Part shown: piece after piece, positions 21,948 to 33,081 of the stretch
How positions within the stretch are numbered: position 1 is the first letter of the stretch
Layout: the number at the start of each line of letters is the position of its first letter
Made by a program: the position numbers and the translations under genes
The notes under the pieces: generated by a model
The model's database searches: none
Told to the model about the DNA's origin: nothing
What the model saw: the letters and a program-made list of their open reading frames with translations, nothing else
Sequence record: OP870147.1
Source: Escherichia phage vB_Eco_F31
Length of the DNA: 64,000 nt
Strand: one strand, 5' to 3'

Positions 21948-22573
21948 TATAGTAACTCAAAGAATTCTTTGAGGCCTCGTATTGTGTGAACGTGTGACGC
22001 CCCACATTTGGGACATTTAATAGGGGTTGCTAGATAAATTGATGGTGATACTAAAAGATTTTTAATATTGATCATGTCATCTTCCGTTATAAGGCCATAA
22101 AGGTCGTTTATTTCTGCTTCAGTTAAATCTTCAACAGGGATGGACTCTCCATTGACAAAAACGGCCTCAATACATGAAGCAATCATTAATGCGATATTTT
22201 TATCGTCAAATAATTTAGGTTGACGGAACTTAATTTTAATACCGCTGAACGAATACCAGGGATCGGCCTGTTCATCTAATTGAGTGTGCAATAAATTCAT
22301 ATAGACTTGAAATGAATGCCCACAGGAACAATTCCAGGTGTGTTCTTGATTCACTTCACCTAATGAATGGGCCCACAGATTTACCAACAATAGCTCGGCT
22401 TCTTGTTTAGTCAAGTTTTTAGCGTTAGAGCAATTAGTGATAATATTGTTCACTGCTGATTCAATAGTACCGGTAGCCCGTGCACCTATGAGTCCTAAAT
22501 ATTCTTTTAAAGTAAAGGCTCTACAATTCACTTCTTTATCGCCTAAACGTACGGTAAACGTATATTTGTACAT
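21947..22573 (-). CDS. 26: baseplate hub protein gp26
   Basis: 208 aa, same as T4 gp26; divergent from gene 51. Confidence 0.8.
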   Translation of the reverse strand: MYKYTFTVRLGDKEVNCRAFTLKEYLGLIGARATGTIESAVNNIITNCSNAKNLTKQEAELLLVNLWAHSLGEVNQEHTWNCSCGHSFQVYMNLLHTQLDEQADPWYSFSGIKIKFRQPKLFDDKNIALMIASCIEAVFVNGESIPVEDLTEAEINDLYGLITEDDMINIKNLLVSPSIYLATPIKCPKCGASHVHTIRGLKEFFELL

Positions 22574-22591
22574 GTTAACTCCTTTATTGTG

Positions 22592-22599
22592 TATTTATA
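22592..22599 (-). promoter_or_regulatory. T4-type late promoter (TATAAATA on minus strand) for gene 26
   Basis: Reverse-complement TATAAATA 19 nt upstream of gene 26 ATG, overlapping the plus-strand late promoter. Confidence 0.45.
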
Positions 22600-22603
22600 A
22601 ATA
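22596..22603 (+). promoter_or_regulatory. T4-type late promoter (TATAAATA) for gene 51
   Basis: Exact TATAAATA 18 nt upstream of gene 51 ATG; part of palindrome TATTTATAAATA. Confidence 0.5.
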
Positions 22604-22620
22604 ATAGAAAAGGAGTAATT

Positions 22621-23373
22621 ATGGCTAATATAATTCGTTGTAAATTACCGGATGGTGTTCATCGTTTTAAGCCGTTCACTGTGGCGGATTATAGAGACTT
22701 TTTACTAGTTAGAAATGATATCGAACATCGTTCGCCGCAAGAACAAAAAGAAATAATTGCCGATCTGATTGATGATTATTTTGGCGAGTACCCTAAAACA
22801 TGGCAACCATTTATATTCCTGCAAGTTTTTGCAGGCTCTATAGGCAAAACAAAAGTTCCCGTTATTTTCACTTGCCCTAAATGCTCTAAAGAAAAAACTG
22901 CACCATTTGAGATATATCAAAAAGAACTAGTCGAACCTGAACTTGATGTTGCTGGTATAAAAATACGTTTTTCTTTCCCTGAAAAGTTTTATGACAACAA
23001 GGCATTAATGATAAGTGAAAACATAAAAGAAATATATTATAATGACAAATGGTACCCATGGAATGATTTGACTGAAGAGAACCAAATCCAAGTAATAGAA
23101 GCAATAGACATTGACTCGCTCGAGAAGGTTATTGCTTCTATGAACCCTATTAATTTGACCCTTAGATTAGGTTGTTGTGAACGTCATGTTAAAACATATA
23201 CTGATATCTTAGAGGTTTTTAAATTGTTAGTTAACCCTGATGAGATTTTTACATTCTATCAGATAAACCATTCACTGGTAAAGAGTCAATACACATTGGA
23301 TTCTATTATGCAAATGATTCCTGTTGAACGTGGTATTGCTTTAACATTAGTAGAAAAGGACCATAAAAAATGA
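22621..23373 (+). CDS. 51: baseplate hub assembly catalyst gp51
   Basis: 250 aa; synteny 26<->51-27-28-29 as in T4. Confidence 0.8.
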   Translation: MANIIRCKLPDGVHRFKPFTVADYRDFLLVRNDIEHRSPQEQKEIIADLIDDYFGEYPKTWQPFIFLQVFAGSIGKTKVPVIFTCPKCSKEKTAPFEIYQKELVEPELDVAGIKIRFSFPEKFYDNKALMISENIKEIYYNDKWYPWNDLTEENQIQVIEAIDIDSLEKVIASMNPINLTLRLGCCERHVKTYTDILEVFKLLVNPDEIFTFYQINHSLVKSQYTLDSIMQMIPVERGIALTLVEKDHKK

Positions 23374-24542
23374 AAGTATTCCAACGTCCAGGATATCCTA
23401 ACTTAAGCGTTAAATTATACCAAGATTATTCGGCTTGGCAAGAAAATAGATACGTTGAACTCGCTGCAACAATAACAACTTTAACCATGCGAGATTCGCT
23501 ATATGGAAGAAATGAAGGGATTCTTCAATTTTATGACACTAAAAACATCCACACTAAAATGGACGGTAGACAGATAGTTCAAATCTCTGTTTCAAATTCA
23601 AACACACCTCTCCAAGTTAGAACTCGAATTTATGGATGTAGACATTATTCTGTGTCTGTGGACTCAAAAGGTGACAATATTATTGCAATTGAGCTTGGAA
23701 CAATACATTCTATAGAGAACCTTAAATTTGGGCGACCATTCTTCCCGGACGCAGGCGAATCTATACGTGAAATGTTAGGTGTCATATACAAAGACCGTGC
23801 GTTAATTACTCCGCCAATAAACACTATTAATGCTTATGTTCCTGATATCCCTTGGACAAGCACATTTGATGATTATTTGGCATATGTCAGAGAATTAGGA
23901 CTTGCTACAGCGAGTGATAAGTTCGTATTCGTATGGCAAGATATTTTAGGCGTAAACATGATTGACTACGATACTCTTATTGGTCAGGAAGGCATTAAGA
24001 TGATTGTAGGTGAGCCAAATACTGTAGGTCAGTATATTCAAGAGCTTGAGTATCCATTAGTATGGGATTTCACCTGGATGACTAAAGCCAACCAATTTAC
24101 AAGAGACCCTATTAAAAACGCCACGATATTCGCTCATTCATTTTTAGATACATCTATTCCGGTTATTGTTACAGGCGATGGTGATAATGCTATTGTTGTG
24201 TCAAGATCAGGTGGATATTCCGAAATGACCTATCGTAATGGATTTGAAGAAGCAAGTCGTCTTCAGACAATGGCTCAATATGACGGATATGCTAAATGCA
24301 CTACTACAGGTAATTTTAACATAACGCCTGCTACTAAAATTATATTTGTTGACCAAAAGAACCAATTCAAATCCGAATTTTACGTGGATGAAGTTATTCA
24401 TGAGTTATCAAATAACAACTCACAAACTCATCTGTACATGTTTACCAACTCAATGGTGTTAGAACCTGTTAACCCAGTTAAGGTTAAAAATGAACTTAAA
24501 TCTGATTCTACCTCTAAAGAAAATAATTCTACCACAGTCTAA
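23370..24542 (+). CDS. 27: baseplate hub protein gp27
   Basis: 390 aa; size and position match T4 gp27. Confidence 0.85.
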   Translation: MKVFQRPGYPNLSVKLYQDYSAWQENRYVELAATITTLTMRDSLYGRNEGILQFYDTKNIHTKMDGRQIVQISVSNSNTPLQVRTRIYGCRHYSVSVDSKGDNIIAIELGTIHSIENLKFGRPFFPDAGESIREMLGVIYKDRALITPPINTINAYVPDIPWTSTFDDYLAYVRELGLATASDKFVFVWQDILGVNMIDYDTLIGQEGIKMIVGEPNTVGQYIQELEYPLVWDFTWMTKANQFTRDPIKNATIFAHSFLDTSIPVIVTGDGDNAIVVSRSGGYSEMTYRNGFEEASRLQTMAQYDGYAKCTTTGNFNITPATKIIFVDQKNQFKSEFYVDEVIHELSNNNSQTHLYMFTNSMVLEPVNPVKVKNELKSDSTSKENNSTTV

Positions 24543-25023
24543 TAAAAAGGTAATGATTCCTAAATTAGGGCTTAAACATTATAATCTTTTAAAGGACGTT
24601 AAAGGTCCTGATGAAAACATGAAAATCTTAGCTGATTCTATTTGTAAAAATATGAGTCCCGCAGATTTTGATTTTGCATGTCTACATATATTGGAATTTA
24701 ATAACAAACTTAAGTCTGAAGTTGAAAAAGACGGATTCACATATAAACTAGATGACGTCTATGTATGCCAACGAACAGAATTCCAATTCCAAGGCAATAC
24801 TTTTTATTTTAGACCTCCAGGCAAATTTGAACAATTCGCTACAATCAGTGAAATGCTATCAAATTGCTTAATAAAAGTTAATGACGAAGAGAAAGAAATT
24901 TCTTTCCTTGAGATGCCTGCTTTTGTAATCAAATGGGCAGAAGACCTTTCGACAACTATTGCTATTCCAGGCCCTAATGGTCCTATTAAGGGTATAGCAG
25001 AAATTATTGGATTGCTTGAATGA
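24490..25023 (+). CDS. 28: baseplate hub distal subunit gp28
   Basis: 177 aa, N-terminus [12 protein letters not shown] as T4 gp28; overlaps the end of gene 27 by 53 nt. Confidence 0.8.
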   Translation: MNLNLILPLKKIILPQSNKKVMIPKLGLKHYNLLKDVKGPDENMKILADSICKNMSPADFDFACLHILEFNNKLKSEVEKDGFTYKLDDVYVCQRTEFQFQGNTFYFRPPGKFEQFATISEMLSNCLIKVNDEEKEISFLEMPAFVIKWAEDLSTTIAIPGPNGPIKGIAEIIGLLE

Positions 25024-26792
25024 AACCTGAAGAAATGAAATCCATGCGTAGAAATAAGGTCATTGCCGATAATAAACCACAAAAAGTAGCTGCAACAGCA
25101 GCTACCGATTCATTAGAAGCATTGAATGACATTTCATCAAAACTAGACGATGTCCAAGCCGCGTCTGAACTCACATCACAAAGTGTAGAAGATAAAGGCA
25201 ATGGAATTATTGAATCAATTGGAGACTTAAAGAATTCGACAGATAATACTGCTGAAGGCACAGAGCTTATCGCAGAAGTTATTGAAAAACAAACTGAAGT
25301 CACTAAAAGTATAAACGAAGTTTCTAGTGCAATAAGCTCTAAGTTAGACCGATTAGCTACATTATTAGAGCAAAAATTACAAACATCTACCGCTATTCAA
25401 AATACAGGAGGCACCTCTCTTGAAGTAATTGAGAACGCGATACCTGTTAAAGTGGTTGAGAACGAAACTTCTGATGAGTTGTTTAAAGCATTACCTACAC
25501 CTGAAAAGATTGATAATAAGCCAGACGAAGATTTCTTCCCAGTCCCGGTTCAAGAAAGTGCTAATTCTACTTCCGATTCTAAAGGCGGAATTAGCTTTAA
25601 ATTGAGCGATAAAATTGCAATGCTCACCAAAACAGTTCAAACCGGGTTTAATAAATCAATATCCATTTCAGACAGAATTGCTGGAATGCTTTTCAAATAC
25701 ACTATAACGGCTGCTATTGAAGCAGCAAAAATGGCCGCACTTATTCTTGGTATTGTTATCGGTATTGATTTATTGATAGTCCATTTCAAATATTGGACAG
25801 ACAAGTTCACTTCTGCCTGGGATTTATTTGATGAAAACTTTACTAAATTCTCCGATGAAGCTAAAGAGTGGGGTAAATTCTTAAGTGATATATTCACTTC
25901 TATTGACTCGATAAAACAAATGTGGGAAGCTGGAGACTGGGGTGGTTTAACCGTTGCTATTGTCAAAGGTGTAGGAACAGCATTAATGAACTTAGGTGAA
26001 CTAATTCAATTAGGAATGGCTAAACTCTCCGCGTCTATATTGCGTGCTATAGGTTTTGGTGATACCGCGGACGAAATAGAAGGACGTGCTTTGGAAGGAT
26101 TCCAAGAAACTACTGGGAACAAATTAAAGAAAGAAGACCAAGAGAAAGTCGCTAAATATCAAATGAAGCGTGACGATGGGGAATTAGGAACCGTTTCTAA
26201 AGGTCTTGATATGTTACAACGCGGCAAAACATTCGTTACTAACTGGGTTCGTGGTAATGACAATAAAGAAGAGTTTAGTACAAGTGATGAGCGCGCTGCG
26301 GAATCAGCAAAATTAAAAGAGTTACCTGAAGAGGAGCGTAAAGAGGCGTACATAAAAGCTAATGAAACTCGTGCGGCAATAGTTAGATTTGAGGATTATA
26401 TCGATAAAATCGATATGACTAATCCAGAAAATGCTAAAAACGTCGAGAAGTCTTATGCTGATTTAAGTAAACTTATTAAAGACCCTGAACTTAATAAAAC
26501 TCCTGTTGTTAAAAAGGAAATAGATGCTAGATTTGAAAAGCTAAATAATAAAATGGCTGAAGCCAAAAAGGCTCAGACAACAGTTAAGCCTGAATCTTCG
26601 ACTAAATCTCCGGAAGCAAAACAAGTTCAGTCAATAGAGAAAGGACGTGCTTCTGAATCTAAACAACAGCAACCGGTAGCGGCGATTAGTAACACAAATA
26701 ATGTCGTCAAAAAGAATACCGTAGTCCAGAATATGACCCCTGTAACAAGTACAACGGCTCCTGGAATTTTCCATGCCACCGGTGTTAATTAA
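25020..26792 (+). CDS. 29: baseplate hub / tail length determinant gp29
   Basis: 590 aa, same length as T4 gp29. Confidence 0.85.
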   Translation: MKPEEMKSMRRNKVIADNKPQKVAATAATDSLEALNDISSKLDDVQAASELTSQSVEDKGNGIIESIGDLKNSTDNTAEGTELIAEVIEKQTEVTKSINEVSSAISSKLDRLATLLEQKLQTSTAIQNTGGTSLEVIENAIPVKVVENETSDELFKALPTPEKIDNKPDEDFFPVPVQESANSTSDSKGGISFKLSDKIAMLTKTVQTGFNKSISISDRIAGMLFKYTITAAIEAAKMAALILGIVIGIDLLIVHFKYWTDKFTSAWDLFDENFTKFSDEAKEWGKFLSDIFTSIDSIKQMWEAGDWGGLTVAIVKGVGTALMNLGELIQLGMAKLSASILRAIGFGDTADEIEGRALEGFQETTGNKLKKEDQEKVAKYQMKRDDGELGTVSKGLDMLQRGKTFVTNWVRGNDNKEEFSTSDERAAESAKLKELPEEERKEAYIKANETRAAIVRFEDYIDKIDMTNPENAKNVEKSYADLSKLIKDPELNKTPVVKKEIDARFEKLNNKMAEAKKAQTTVKPESSTKSPEAKQVQSIEKGRASESKQQQPVAAISNTNNVVKKNTVVQNMTPVTSTTAPGIFHATGVN

Positions 26793-26800
26793 GGATTATT

Positions 26801-27910
26801 ATGATTAGTGTAAAAGAAATAGTAGTAGATGCAAAGGATTTAAATAAAGCAATCCCAGTATCAGAAAGTGCTGGGCAAAGCACTAAAACCGAAACAACTA
26901 CTAAAACTTATGTTGCTCAATTTCCTACAGGAAGAGCAGCCGGAAATGACTCCACAGGAGACTTCCAGGTAACAGACCTTTATAAGAATGGATTATTATT
27001 TACCGCGTACAATATGTCTGCACGCGATTCAGGATCCCTCAGGAATTTACGTCCGGCATACGCTGGTACTTCATCTAATGGTATCATATCAGATTTAACT
27101 GATAACGTGAAAGATGCAGTGACTAAATTCTCAAACGGATTGCTTCCTGCCGGAGCTAATAAGTCTACTATAAATAAAACTCCTGTTGCTAATATACTTT
27201 TGCCACGTTCCAAATCTGACGTTGATACAACTTCACATCGTTTTAATGATATCGGTGATAGCCTTATTACTAAAGGTGGAGGTACTGCTACAGGTGTTTT
27301 AAGTAACATTGCTTCTACTGCAGTTTTTGGTGCATTAGATTCTATTACTCAAGGGCTTATGGCTGATAATAACGAACAGATTTATACGACTTCTCGTAGT
27401 ATGTATGGCGGTGCTGAGAACCGTACTAAAGTCTTTACATGGGATTTAACTCCGCGTTCAACTGAAGACCTTATGGCTATTATAAACATTTACCAGTATT
27501 TTAACTATTTCTCATATGGTGAGACTGGTAAATCACAGTACGCCCAAGAGATTAAAAGTTATTTAGACGAATGGTACCGTTCAACGTTTATTGAGCCTAT
27601 GACACCAGACGATGCAGTAAAAAATAAGACATTGTTTGAAAAGATTACTGCGTCATTAACAAATGTATTAGTTGTAAGCAACCCTACAATTTGGATGGTT
27701 AAAAACTTTGGTTATACGTCTAAATTTGATGGATTAACTGACGTATTTGGTCCATGCCAAATACAAAGCGTACGTTTTGATAAAACTCCAAATGGACAAT
27801 TTAATGGTCTTGCTGTTGCTCCTAACTTACCATCAACATTTACGTTAGAGATAACAATGCGAGAAATTATTACATTAAACCGTTCTTCACTTTATGCGGG
27901 GACTTTCTAA
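26801..27910 (+). CDS. 48: baseplate tail tube cap gp48
   Basis: 369 aa; position between 29 and 54 as in T4. Confidence 0.85.
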   Translation: MISVKEIVVDAKDLNKAIPVSESAGQSTKTETTTKTYVAQFPTGRAAGNDSTGDFQVTDLYKNGLLFTAYNMSARDSGSLRNLRPAYAGTSSNGIISDLTDNVKDAVTKFSNGLLPAGANKSTINKTPVANILLPRSKSDVDTTSHRFNDIGDSLITKGGGTATGVLSNIASTAVFGALDSITQGLMADNNEQIYTTSRSMYGGAENRTKVFTWDLTPRSTEDLMAIINIYQYFNYFSYGETGKSQYAQEIKSYLDEWYRSTFIEPMTPDDAVKNKTLFEKITASLTNVLVVSNPTIWMVKNFGYTSKFDGLTDVFGPCQIQSVRFDKTPNGQFNGLAVAPNLPSTFTLEITMREIITLNRSSLYAGTF

Positions 27911-28872
27911 TGTACTCTTTAGAAGAATTTAATAACCAAGCTATAAATGCGGATTTCCAACGAAACAATATGTTTAGTTGTGTATTTGCTACTACCCCAT
28001 CGACCAAATCATCTTCACTAATTTCGTCAATTGGTAGTTTTGCTTATAATAACTTAGGGTTGGATTCAGATTGGCTAGGATTGTCTCAAGGTGATATCAA
28101 TCAGGGCGTAACAACCCTGATTACAGCAGGAACACAGAAATTAATTCGAAAATCGGGTGCAAGTAAATATCTGATTGGAGCAATGAGTCAACGTACGGTA
28201 CAAAGCTTGTTAGGTGAGTTCACAGTAGGAACTTATCTGATAGACTTCTTCAATATGGCATATAATAATACAGGTTTAATGATTTATTCTGTAAAAATGC
28301 CTGAGAACCGATTATCTTATGAAACGGATTTCAACTATAACTCCCCGAACATCCGAATTACCGGTCGTGAAATGGACCCGTTAGTAATAAGCTTTAGAAT
28401 GGATTCCGAAGCATCTAACTTTAGAGCAATGCAAGACTGGGTAAACTCAGTCCAAGACCCTGTAACAGGTCTTCGTGCTTTACCACAAGACGTCGAAGCA
28501 GATATTCAGGTTAATTTACACGCACGAAATGGTTTACCACATACCGCTGTCATGTTCACAGGATGTATTCCTGTTAGTGTCTCTTCTCCTGAGTTAACGT
28601 ATGATGGTGATAATCAGATAACAGTTTTTGATGTAACATTTGCTTATCGCGTTATGCAATCAGGTGCTGTAAATAGACAGGCCGCTTTAGAATGGCTGGA
28701 ATCAGGACTTATTAGTAGTGTTTCAGGAATGTTTGGAAATAATCAGAATGATTCTGGACTAGGAAGTGCAGTATCAAGACTTTCTAGATTAGGTGGGACT
28801 GCTGGTGGTGTGTCTAATATAAACACATTGACAGGTGTGGTGAATTCTGCGTCAAGAGTTTTAGGACTATAA
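27910..28872 (+). CDS. 54: baseplate tail tube initiator gp54
   Basis: 320 aa, same length as T4 gp54. Confidence 0.85.
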   Translation: MYSLEEFNNQAINADFQRNNMFSCVFATTPSTKSSSLISSIGSFAYNNLGLDSDWLGLSQGDINQGVTTLITAGTQKLIRKSGASKYLIGAMSQRTVQSLLGEFTVGTYLIDFFNMAYNNTGLMIYSVKMPENRLSYETDFNYNSPNIRITGREMDPLVISFRMDSEASNFRAMQDWVNSVQDPVTGLRALPQDVEADIQVNLHARNGLPHTAVMFTGCIPVSVSSPELTYDGDNQITVFDVTFAYRVMQSGAVNRQAALEWLESGLISSVSGMFGNNQNDSGLGSAVSRLSRLGGTAGGVSNINTLTGVVNSASRVLGL

Positions 28873-28878
28873 GAAAAA

Positions 28879-28895
28879 GGGAGACGTTGTCTCCC
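28879..28895. terminator. bidirectional terminator GGGAGAC-guu-GUCUCCC between gene 54 and the 97-aa ORF
   Basis: 7-bp stem flanked by AAAAA upstream and TTT downstream. Confidence 0.55.
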
Positions 28896-28904
28896 TTTAG
28901 GGGT

Positions 28905-29198
28905 TTATTTACGGAATGAAAGGAATGCTGGTGCTCGGAATGGAGTATCATCTTTAGAGTATTTAACTAATACGACCATTGGTACCTCTGTTTCTAAATG
29001 ACCTGTCACCACACCGATAAAAATTTGATCAGTGTGCTCAGGGTCACGAAAGTTTTTAAGAGGTTCCATAGCAATATGGAATGCACCTGGGAATACTCGA
29101 TTCAATTCGTCAATCACAGCTTCGTTAAAAACATCATCCGCTGGGATAGCATCTTCAACTACTAGTTCTTGACCATTAAAGCGAAGCATAGATTTCAT
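28905..29198 (-). CDS. hypothetical protein (97 aa from ATG at 29198), downstream of alt
   Basis: Track start at 29270 is TTG and lies upstream of an early-promoter motif (29228-29257); internal ATG at 29198 has AGGA RBS. Confidence 0.5.
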   Translation of the reverse strand: MKSMLRFNGQELVVEDAIPADDVFNEAVIDELNRVFPGAFHIAMEPLKNFRDPEHTDQIFIGVVTGHLETEVPMVVLVKYSKDDTPFRAPAFLSFRK

Positions 29199-29227
29199 AA
29201 CGTTTTCCTCATGTTGTTGATGGGATG

Positions 29228-29257
29228 ATAGTATCACACATCCATGTGTTTGTAAAC
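29228..29257 (-). promoter_or_regulatory. early-promoter-like motif GTTTAC-N18-TACTAT
   Basis: Minus strand GTTTAC ... TGATACTAT followed by ATCAACAACATGAGGAAA leader; directly after alt stop. Confidence 0.45.
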
Positions 29258-31344
29258 TATCCTTGGACAAACTTAAACGGAACTGATTCTAAATCCATTA
29301 AAGATGCTAACAATTTCAAACCTTTAGGTGCACTAGTTTTTTCTACAAATGAGGAGAACGATACCGGCTCATCCGATTCGATTTCACCCGTCATAGCAAC
29401 CACCTCGCCTGTTTCCATGAGAACATCACCATCGTAAATGACAGCTTCGTCCAACTGGTCCGAGGACATGACTTCAGCTTGAATAAATTTAAGGTTGGAT
29501 TCTAAACCTGCACCAGTGTCAGATGACGCATCTGTAATTTTATTTATCTGCAAGAGAATGCCTCTAGGCAAAATAATTTCTTGCTCATTAGGGTGATTAC
29601 TCAATTGGCCTGGATAAATCACGTTAACTTTATGAGCGCCATCAATAGCCCATCCAACATTAACACGAATTTGTTCTGGCGCATGCATAGCGGTACGTGC
29701 CAGGCTAGGAGAAATAGTAACACCTTCATCATTATTGTCAATGTTAAGCTCTTTTCGAACTTCTTCAGGAGCAAGTCCAAGGGCAACGTTCTCTTTAAAC
29801 CCACCGAAAATAATAGGAGCTAGTGAAGTGGAAACATAGTTTCTGAAGTAGAATACCTTATTTTTAACCATTGCTTCGTAAATAGGCATTCTGATAGACT
29901 GAGCTCTATATAACGTTAGTCCTTCAGGTAAACGGTCTCCATTTAAAAACGCCGAATCAAGACCATCAATAGCGCGTTTAACTTCATCTTCATCTGCAAC
30001 ATCGTAAAAATCTGGTTTATAACGACCTAACAACATATTATTGATATCGGTATACGCAGAAGAGGCATATTCGCGAATAGCTCGTTTTTCAGCAACAGAG
30101 TATTGTTTAGGGTCCCGATTCATTGTTATATTAAAGGTGCCTCTAGCCGATTCTCGTGCATAAGTATACATCACATTAGACAAGAACGCTGATTTACGTT
30201 GTTTCCAAGTTTTTTCAGATACTTCAGCTAAAACATCGTCGGCCAGTTGGAAATTATCACGTCTAAAATCTTCAAACCATTCGTCTTTAATAGAGTCCGC
30301 AATTTCGTTTGCAGCTTCAACAAAAGCAGCTAATGCTTTAACAGATGTTGTTTTTTCAGTTTTAATTTTCTTAGCAAACTTTTCTAAAGTTGGCTTAATA
30401 ACACTACCATAAGAAACTTCATCAGCAAATTTAAAGGATTCATCAATACGATTATAAATCTTATTTTCGATATCAGCAACTAAAGTGCCTTTTGCTGTGG
30501 ACGATGCTTGGGCTAGTACGATTTCATATGCTTCAGGAAGTAATTCGGCCGTAGCTGGGCCACTAACTTCTTTAGCAGAATTTTCGTATTTCTGGAATAA
30601 CTCACCTTCTTGTCGGTCAGCTTCTAAAGATTGACTTGCTGCAATAGCACGACGAGAAATTTTAGTGCGAGCAATAACAGGTTTATCTTTACGTTTTTCT
30701 TCTACCGCGGCAATAGAACCAGCGATAGCCGTTTCTTTGGTGACCTTTTCACCGGTCTTTTTACTCACATAAACTTCGCCAACATCAGAATCTACTTTCG
30801 TATACAACTCTGTGTTAATGTTAGGGATGCCTTTAATATCTTCAATGTTGGCATTTTTACGAACCATCATCACATAGGTGTGTTTACCTGTGAATTGATA
30901 CATTGCCGACAATACTTTAAAACGACCACCGGTTTTAGTAGAAACTAAACGAGCAAGAAGAGTTTGAAGCTGTTGTCCACGTCCTTTCAATTTCTTGGTA
31001 GGGAACCGGAACAGAACTGCATCCATACGAAGAGCTTTAACCTGTTCATATACTGTATTGAAAATGGTGTTGATTGCATCAATAGGAGCAGGACCAAGGC
31101 CATTTTTCAATTCAGCGAGATTACCCTTTTCAGATAGACTCATAATAACAACATGAGCGTATTTGTCGCCAAGTTTAACTTGTTTTACGGCATCGCCTTC
31201 AGAAAGATAAGAGAATAAGCGAACTACGATGTTTGTATCGATATCACCAATTTTCCAGACTTGTGGAACTTTAGCTTTAGGGTTCAAATTGACGACAGGA
31301 AGACTGCCTTCAGATTCAAACACTTCATTTAATTGTTCAGACAT
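29257..31344 (-). CDS. alt: ADP-ribosyltransferase Alt
   Basis: 695 aa; ART motifs Arg (YRAQ), STS (VSTSL) and EQE (NEQEII) in the C-terminal half; position next to gene 30 as in T4. Confidence 0.85.
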   Translation of the reverse strand: MSEQLNEVFESEGSLPVVNLNPKAKVPQVWKIGDIDTNIVVRLFSYLSEGDAVKQVKLGDKYAHVVIMSLSEKGNLAELKNGLGPAPIDAINTIFNTVYEQVKALRMDAVLFRFPTKKLKGRGQQLQTLLARLVSTKTGGRFKVLSAMYQFTGKHTYVMMVRKNANIEDIKGIPNINTELYTKVDSDVGEVYVSKKTGEKVTKETAIAGSIAAVEEKRKDKPVIARTKISRRAIAASQSLEADRQEGELFQKYENSAKEVSGPATAELLPEAYEIVLAQASSTAKGTLVADIENKIYNRIDESFKFADEVSYGSVIKPTLEKFAKKIKTEKTTSVKALAAFVEAANEIADSIKDEWFEDFRRDNFQLADDVLAEVSEKTWKQRKSAFLSNVMYTYARESARGTFNITMNRDPKQYSVAEKRAIREYASSAYTDINNMLLGRYKPDFYDVADEDEVKRAIDGLDSAFLNGDRLPEGLTLYRAQSIRMPIYEAMVKNKVFYFRNYVSTSLAPIIFGGFKENVALGLAPEEVRKELNIDNNDEGVTISPSLARTAMHAPEQIRVNVGWAIDGAHKVNVIYPGQLSNHPNEQEIILPRGILLQINKITDASSDTGAGLESNLKFIQAEVMSSDQLDEAVIYDGDVLMETGEVVAMTGEIESDEPVSFSSFVEKTSAPKGLKLLASLMDLESVPFKFVQG

Positions 31345-31384
31345 AGTGTTTTCCTTTTAGTAATAATTTATATTTATGCCAAAA

Positions 31385-31400
31385 AGAGCCCGAAGGCTCT
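31385..31400 (-). terminator. terminator hairpin AGAGCC-UUCG-GGCUCU (minus strand) between ligase operon and alt
   Basis: 6-bp stem, UUCG loop, U-tract on minus strand. Confidence 0.5.
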
Positions 31401-31588
31401 TAATCCACAATCGGAAGCAAAGTACGATAAACTTCAAAATTAGAGCCTTTTTCGTACTTATCGAAATTGTCCATAAAAATATGATAGGAATCGTTATTAG
31501 GAAAATCTAATATAATCTGAGAGCAAGAGGTGGAAACATCTCCACCATCCTTCTTAGCTACAATAACTGTTTCTAAATAAGCTTTCAT
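31400..31588 (-). CDS. hypothetical protein (62 aa from ATG at 31588)
   Basis: Track start at 31609 is GTG; ATG at 31588 overlaps ligase stop (TAATG). Confidence 0.45.
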   Translation of the reverse strand: MKAYLETVIVAKKDGGDVSTSCSQIILDFPNNDSYHIFMDNFDKYEKGSNFEVYRTLLPIVD

Positions 31589-33081
31589 TATAAACCTGTC
31601 TGGGACCACGGTCCAAATACGTCTTCAAACGAATCCGCTTCTGTTTTATCAAAACGGAACCCTTTAATAATTGGAAGGAAAATACCTACAGTTCCTTCAC
31701 GTCCTTTAGAATGAACCCAACCATTGCATTCACAATCAGCGATACGTCCAATTAATTTACCTTCACGAGCTTCGGCCATTAATCGTTCACGGTCCAAATC
31801 ATGACGCTCATCTAAAGGAATAAGAACCTTTACACCATCAACTGTTTTATGAGTTGTATCTTTAAAACCTGAACCACAATCGGTTGTAATACGACGACAA
31901 CGTGATACGAGTTCGACACCACCTAATTTGTTAGGGTCTTTAGAGTGTTCATAGTATCCTACAACTTCTAAAGCGATATCAATAACTTCTTTAAATTTAA
32001 TTAGGTTCTTAGAGCGTTTGTTTTCCCAATATGAATCACGGTTTTTAAGGATAATACCTTCAAGACCTTGGTCAACATATTTTTTATAAACCACTTTAGC
32101 TTCGTCAAGATTACGAACTAACTGATTTTCAATTGGCTCAATTCGTTTAAAGCCTTCAGCCATATTTTCAAGAGCAGCAAAACGAACATCGTATTTCTGA
32201 CCTTTAATTTTGCCATCAGAATAGACTTCATCTAAAGGAACATAGTCCCAGGCTTGAAGAACCATACCTTCAGCTTCTTTAGGAGAAATAGTCCCTTGAA
32301 GAGATTTATTTGCTAAACCGTTTGAAGTGCTACGGTCCGCAACTTGTACTTCTTCGGATTCTTCATTATCACCAAATAAGAACGACAGGTCATTTCCTGA
32401 GCTCACAGCCTTTTTAATATCAAATGAATGGTAAACTAATTCACCGTCGATTAAAACCCCATTAGGGTGTCTTTCACGAGCTTCTTTAGTCATTTCCATT
32501 AGTTCATCTGCTAATAGAGTAAGACCATGATATTCGTTGCCGGCACGAGAAAAGAATTGAACACCATCATAGCGAACTTCAGCGAAACAACGAGCACCAT
32601 CGGCTTTTAATTGAGCAAATGCAGGCCATTTAATATTTTTAGTAATCAATTTCTCATCATATGCAGATGCTAACATCTGTGGTTGCAATTGAATAAGTCC
32701 AGGCCACACCTTATTCGCGATAGACACTGAAGCACCTACTTCAAGGTCGCGCATCATTACACGACGAAGGACTTCTACATCATCAGGTTTACCGTCAGCG
32801 ATATAACCCATGAGCTCTTTAATTGCAGCATTACCAGTGAGTTTACGAGTGGCTAATGTGAACTCAATAAAATCCAACATGTCATCTAATTCAAGAAGAC
32901 CATACGCTTGAGACCTTTCACCTGGTCCTGGCCATTTCTTAATATAATACTGGATACCACGTGCATATGTTAAACGATACACACGTTCAAGTAATTTGTT
33001 GTCCTTATTTTTCTTAAGGATTTCCTGTTTTGTTTTAGTAGAACCGATCGCAGCTATTTGGTTTAAAATATCTAAAATCAT
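31588..33081 (-). CDS. 30: ATP-dependent DNA ligase gp30
   Basis: 497 aa; adenylation motif region (KADGARCF); size and position as T4 DNA ligase. Confidence 0.9.
   Translation of the reverse strand: MILDILNQIAAIGSTKTKQEILKKNKDNKLLERVYRLTYARGIQYYIKKWPGPGERSQAYGLLELDDMLDFIEFTLATRKLTGNAAIKELMGYIADGKPDDVEVLRRVMMRDLEVGASVSIANKVWPGLIQLQPQMLASAYDEKLITKNIKWPAFAQLKADGARCFAEVRYDGVQFFSRAGNEYHGLTLLADELMEMTKEARERHPNGVLIDGELVYHSFDIKKAVSSGNDLSFLFGDNEESEEVQVADRSTSNGLANKSLQGTISPKEAEGMVLQAWDYVPLDEVYSDGKIKGQKYDVRFAALENMAEGFKRIEPIENQLVRNLDEAKVVYKKYVDQGLEGIILKNRDSYWENKRSKNLIKFKEVIDIALEVVGYYEHSKDPNKLGGVELVSRCRRITTDCGSGFKDTTHKTVDGVKVLIPLDERHDLDRERLMAEAREGKLIGRIADCECNGWVHSKGREGTVGIFLPIIKGFRFDKTEADSFEDVFGPWSQTGL

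Noticed and set aside
29199-29270. Longer version of the ORF downstream of alt starting at 29270
   Set aside because: Start is TTG, lies upstream of the early promoter motif and overlaps the alt stop; internal ATG at 29198 with AGGA RBS is the plausible start.
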